From Neisseria sp. (lineage in GTDB: Bacteria > Pseudomonadota > Gammaproteobacteria > Burkholderiales > Neisseriaceae): a stretch of DNA of 55,259 bases. The notes below the pieces were generated by a model that was given only the letters and a program-made list of their open reading frames with translations, was not told the DNA's origin and searched no databases. The stretch is taken from the NCBI GenBank assembly GCA_030532645.1, contig JAUNKU010000001.1:1-55259 (forward strand). Reading direction: 5' to 3'. Every line of letters starts with the position of its first letter. Positions within the stretch are counted from its first letter, which is position 1. Below, piece by piece: positions 53,763-55,259 of the stretch. The translations under genes were made by a program, and so were the position numbers.

Positions 53763-55259
53763 CTACGCTTCTTCCTGTAAAAATCCGCCGCTCTGGCGCG
53801 ACCACAGTTTGGCATACAAGCCGTTTGCCGCCAGCAGCTCGGCGTGCGTCCCCTCTTCCACAATGCGGCCTTGATCCAACACAATCAGGCGGTCCATTGC
53901 GGCGATGGTGGACAAACGGTGGGCGATGGCGATAACGGTTTTGTTCTCCATCATTTTATCCAAACTTTCCTGAATGGCGGCTTCCACTTCGGAATCCAGC
54001 GCACTGGTTGCTTCGTCCAAAATCAAAATCGGCGCATCTTTCAGCATCACACGCGCAATGGCAATGCGTTGGCGCTGGCCGCCGGACAGTTTCACGCCGC
54101 GCTCGCCGACGTGGGCATCATAGCCGCGGCGGCCTTTGGCATCAGACAAATCGGGAATAAATCCGGCCGCTTCAGCACGTTCGGCAGCTTTCATCATTTC
54201 CGCCTCGCCCGCCTCCGGACGGCCGTACACGATATTGTCGCGCACGGAACGGTGCAGCAGGCCGGTATCCTGCGTGACCAAACCGATTTGCGCGCGCAGG
54301 CTTTCCTGCGTGACGTCGCGCACATTTTGGCCGTCAATCGTGATTTTGCCGCTTTGCGGATCGTAAAAACGCAGCAGCAGATTGACGATGGTGGATTTAC
54401 CCGCGCCGCTGCGCCCGATCAGGCCGACTTTCTCGCCGGCTTTGATGTTGAGATTGAAACCGTCCAGCAGCACCCTGCCCGATTCGTAAGCAAAGCCGAC
54501 ATTGTCAAAACAGATTCGGCCGTCTGAAACCTGCAAAGGCAGTGCGGCGGCGCGGTCGGTAACGGTTTGGCGCTTCGACAGCGTTTCCATACCGTCGTTT
54601 ACCGTGCCGATGTTTTCAAACAAACGCGCCGATTCCCACATAATGTATTGCGACAAACCGTTTACGCGCAAAGCCATCGCCGTTGCAGTCGCCACTGCAC
54701 CCACACCCACTTCGCCCTGCTGCCACAGCCAAATACCGAGCGCGGCCGTACTGAATGTCAGCGCGGTATTGATAAAGAAACAGATGGAATCAAGCGTAGT
54801 AGCCAAGCGCATTTGCGCGTGTACCGTAACCATAAATTCCTGCATCGACTGCTTGGCATACGCCGCCTCGCGCGCGCCGTGGGAAAACAGCTTGACGGTT
54901 GCAATATTGGCATAAGCATCGGTTACGCGCCCCGACATCAGGCTGCGCGCATCAGCCTGCCGCTGCGCGGTTTCAGCCAAACGTGGAATCACGATTTTCA
55001 TCGTTGTGCCGAATGCCATTATCCACAATGCAAACGGCAGCAGCAGCCAAGCATCGAATGCCGCCAAAATCACGCCGGAAGTTAAAAAATACACCAGCAC
55101 ATAAACCGCCATATCCGCCAGCGTCATCACCGTATCGCGTACCGCCAAGGCCGTCTGCATCACTTTGGCCGATACCCGTCCGGCAAATTCGTCCTGATAA
55201 AACGCCAGCGACTGCCCCAACATCAAACGGTGGAAATTCCAACGCAAACGCATCGGAAA
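53763..55259 (-). CDS. ABC exporter, fused permease-ATPase (MdlB/MsbA-like), 5' end outside window
   Basis: GRSGAGKST Walker A, LSGGQRQR signature, ILDEATSALD Walker B and upstream TM helices. Confidence 0.92.
   Translation of the reverse strand, partial: FPMRLRWNFHRLMLGQSLAFYQDEFAGRVSAKVMQTALAVRDTVMTLADMAVYVLVYFLTSGVILAAFDAWLLLPFALWIMAFGTTMKIVIPRLAETAQRQADARSLMSGRVTDAYANIATVKLFSHGAREAAYAKQSMQEFMVTVHAQMRLATTLDSICFFINTALTFSTAALGIWLWQQGEVGVGAVATATAMALRVNGLSQYIMWESARLFENIGTVNDGMETLSKRQTVTDRAAALPLQVSDGRICFDNVGFAYESGRVLLDGFNLNIKAGEKVGLIGRSGAGKSTIVNLLLRFYDPQSGKITIDGQNVRDVTQESLRAQIGLVTQDTGLLHRSVRDNIVYGRPEAGEAEMMKAAERAEAAGFIPDLSDAKGRRGYDAHVGERGVKLSGGQRQRIAIARVMLKDAPILILDEATSALDSEVEAAIQESLDKMMENKTVIAIAHRLSTIAAMDRLIVLDQGRIVEEGTHAELLAANGLYAKLWSRQSGGFLQEEA

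Overview
This is core-genome DNA from a Neisseriaceae bacterium, most likely a commensal or animal Neisseria. The basis is roughly 55-60 copies (manual count) of the DNA uptake sequence GCCGTCTGAA, mostly the AG-DUS dialect AGGCCGTCTGAA, plus proteins that resemble Neisseria orthologues. Contents in order: pglC-pglD (protein O-glycosylation sugar synthesis), a divergent MFS transporter/ArgE-like deacylase pair, an AT-rich secreted Excalibur/SH3-like gene, ispH-lspA, recG, an orphan amino-acid ABC permease, ribF, ileS, miaB, the rplC-to-rplQ ribosomal supercluster without rpsJ, oxyR-minEDC, terC, a CopD-like gene, a 45-aa lipoprotein missed by the ORF track, proB, DUF2818, the complete nuoA-N operon with an upstream Fur box, and a partial ABC exporter. 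I found no rRNA, tRNA, CRISPR array, transposase or prophage. The most interesting signals are non-coding. (1) The rplN (spc) leader folds into a rod whose base copies the uS8-binding core of 16S rRNA helix 21 almost nucleotide for nucleotide, at a different position from the E. coli S8 operator. (2) A ~230-nt structured element after recG has bistable hairpin and pseudoknot/triplex potential. (3) Intergenic mosaics combine several REP-like families with a DUS-anchored minirepeat. (4) The S10 operon lacks rpsJ, has its own predicted promoter and structured leader, and is in swapped order relative to minCDE-oxyR. All structures were paired by hand and no database searches were run.
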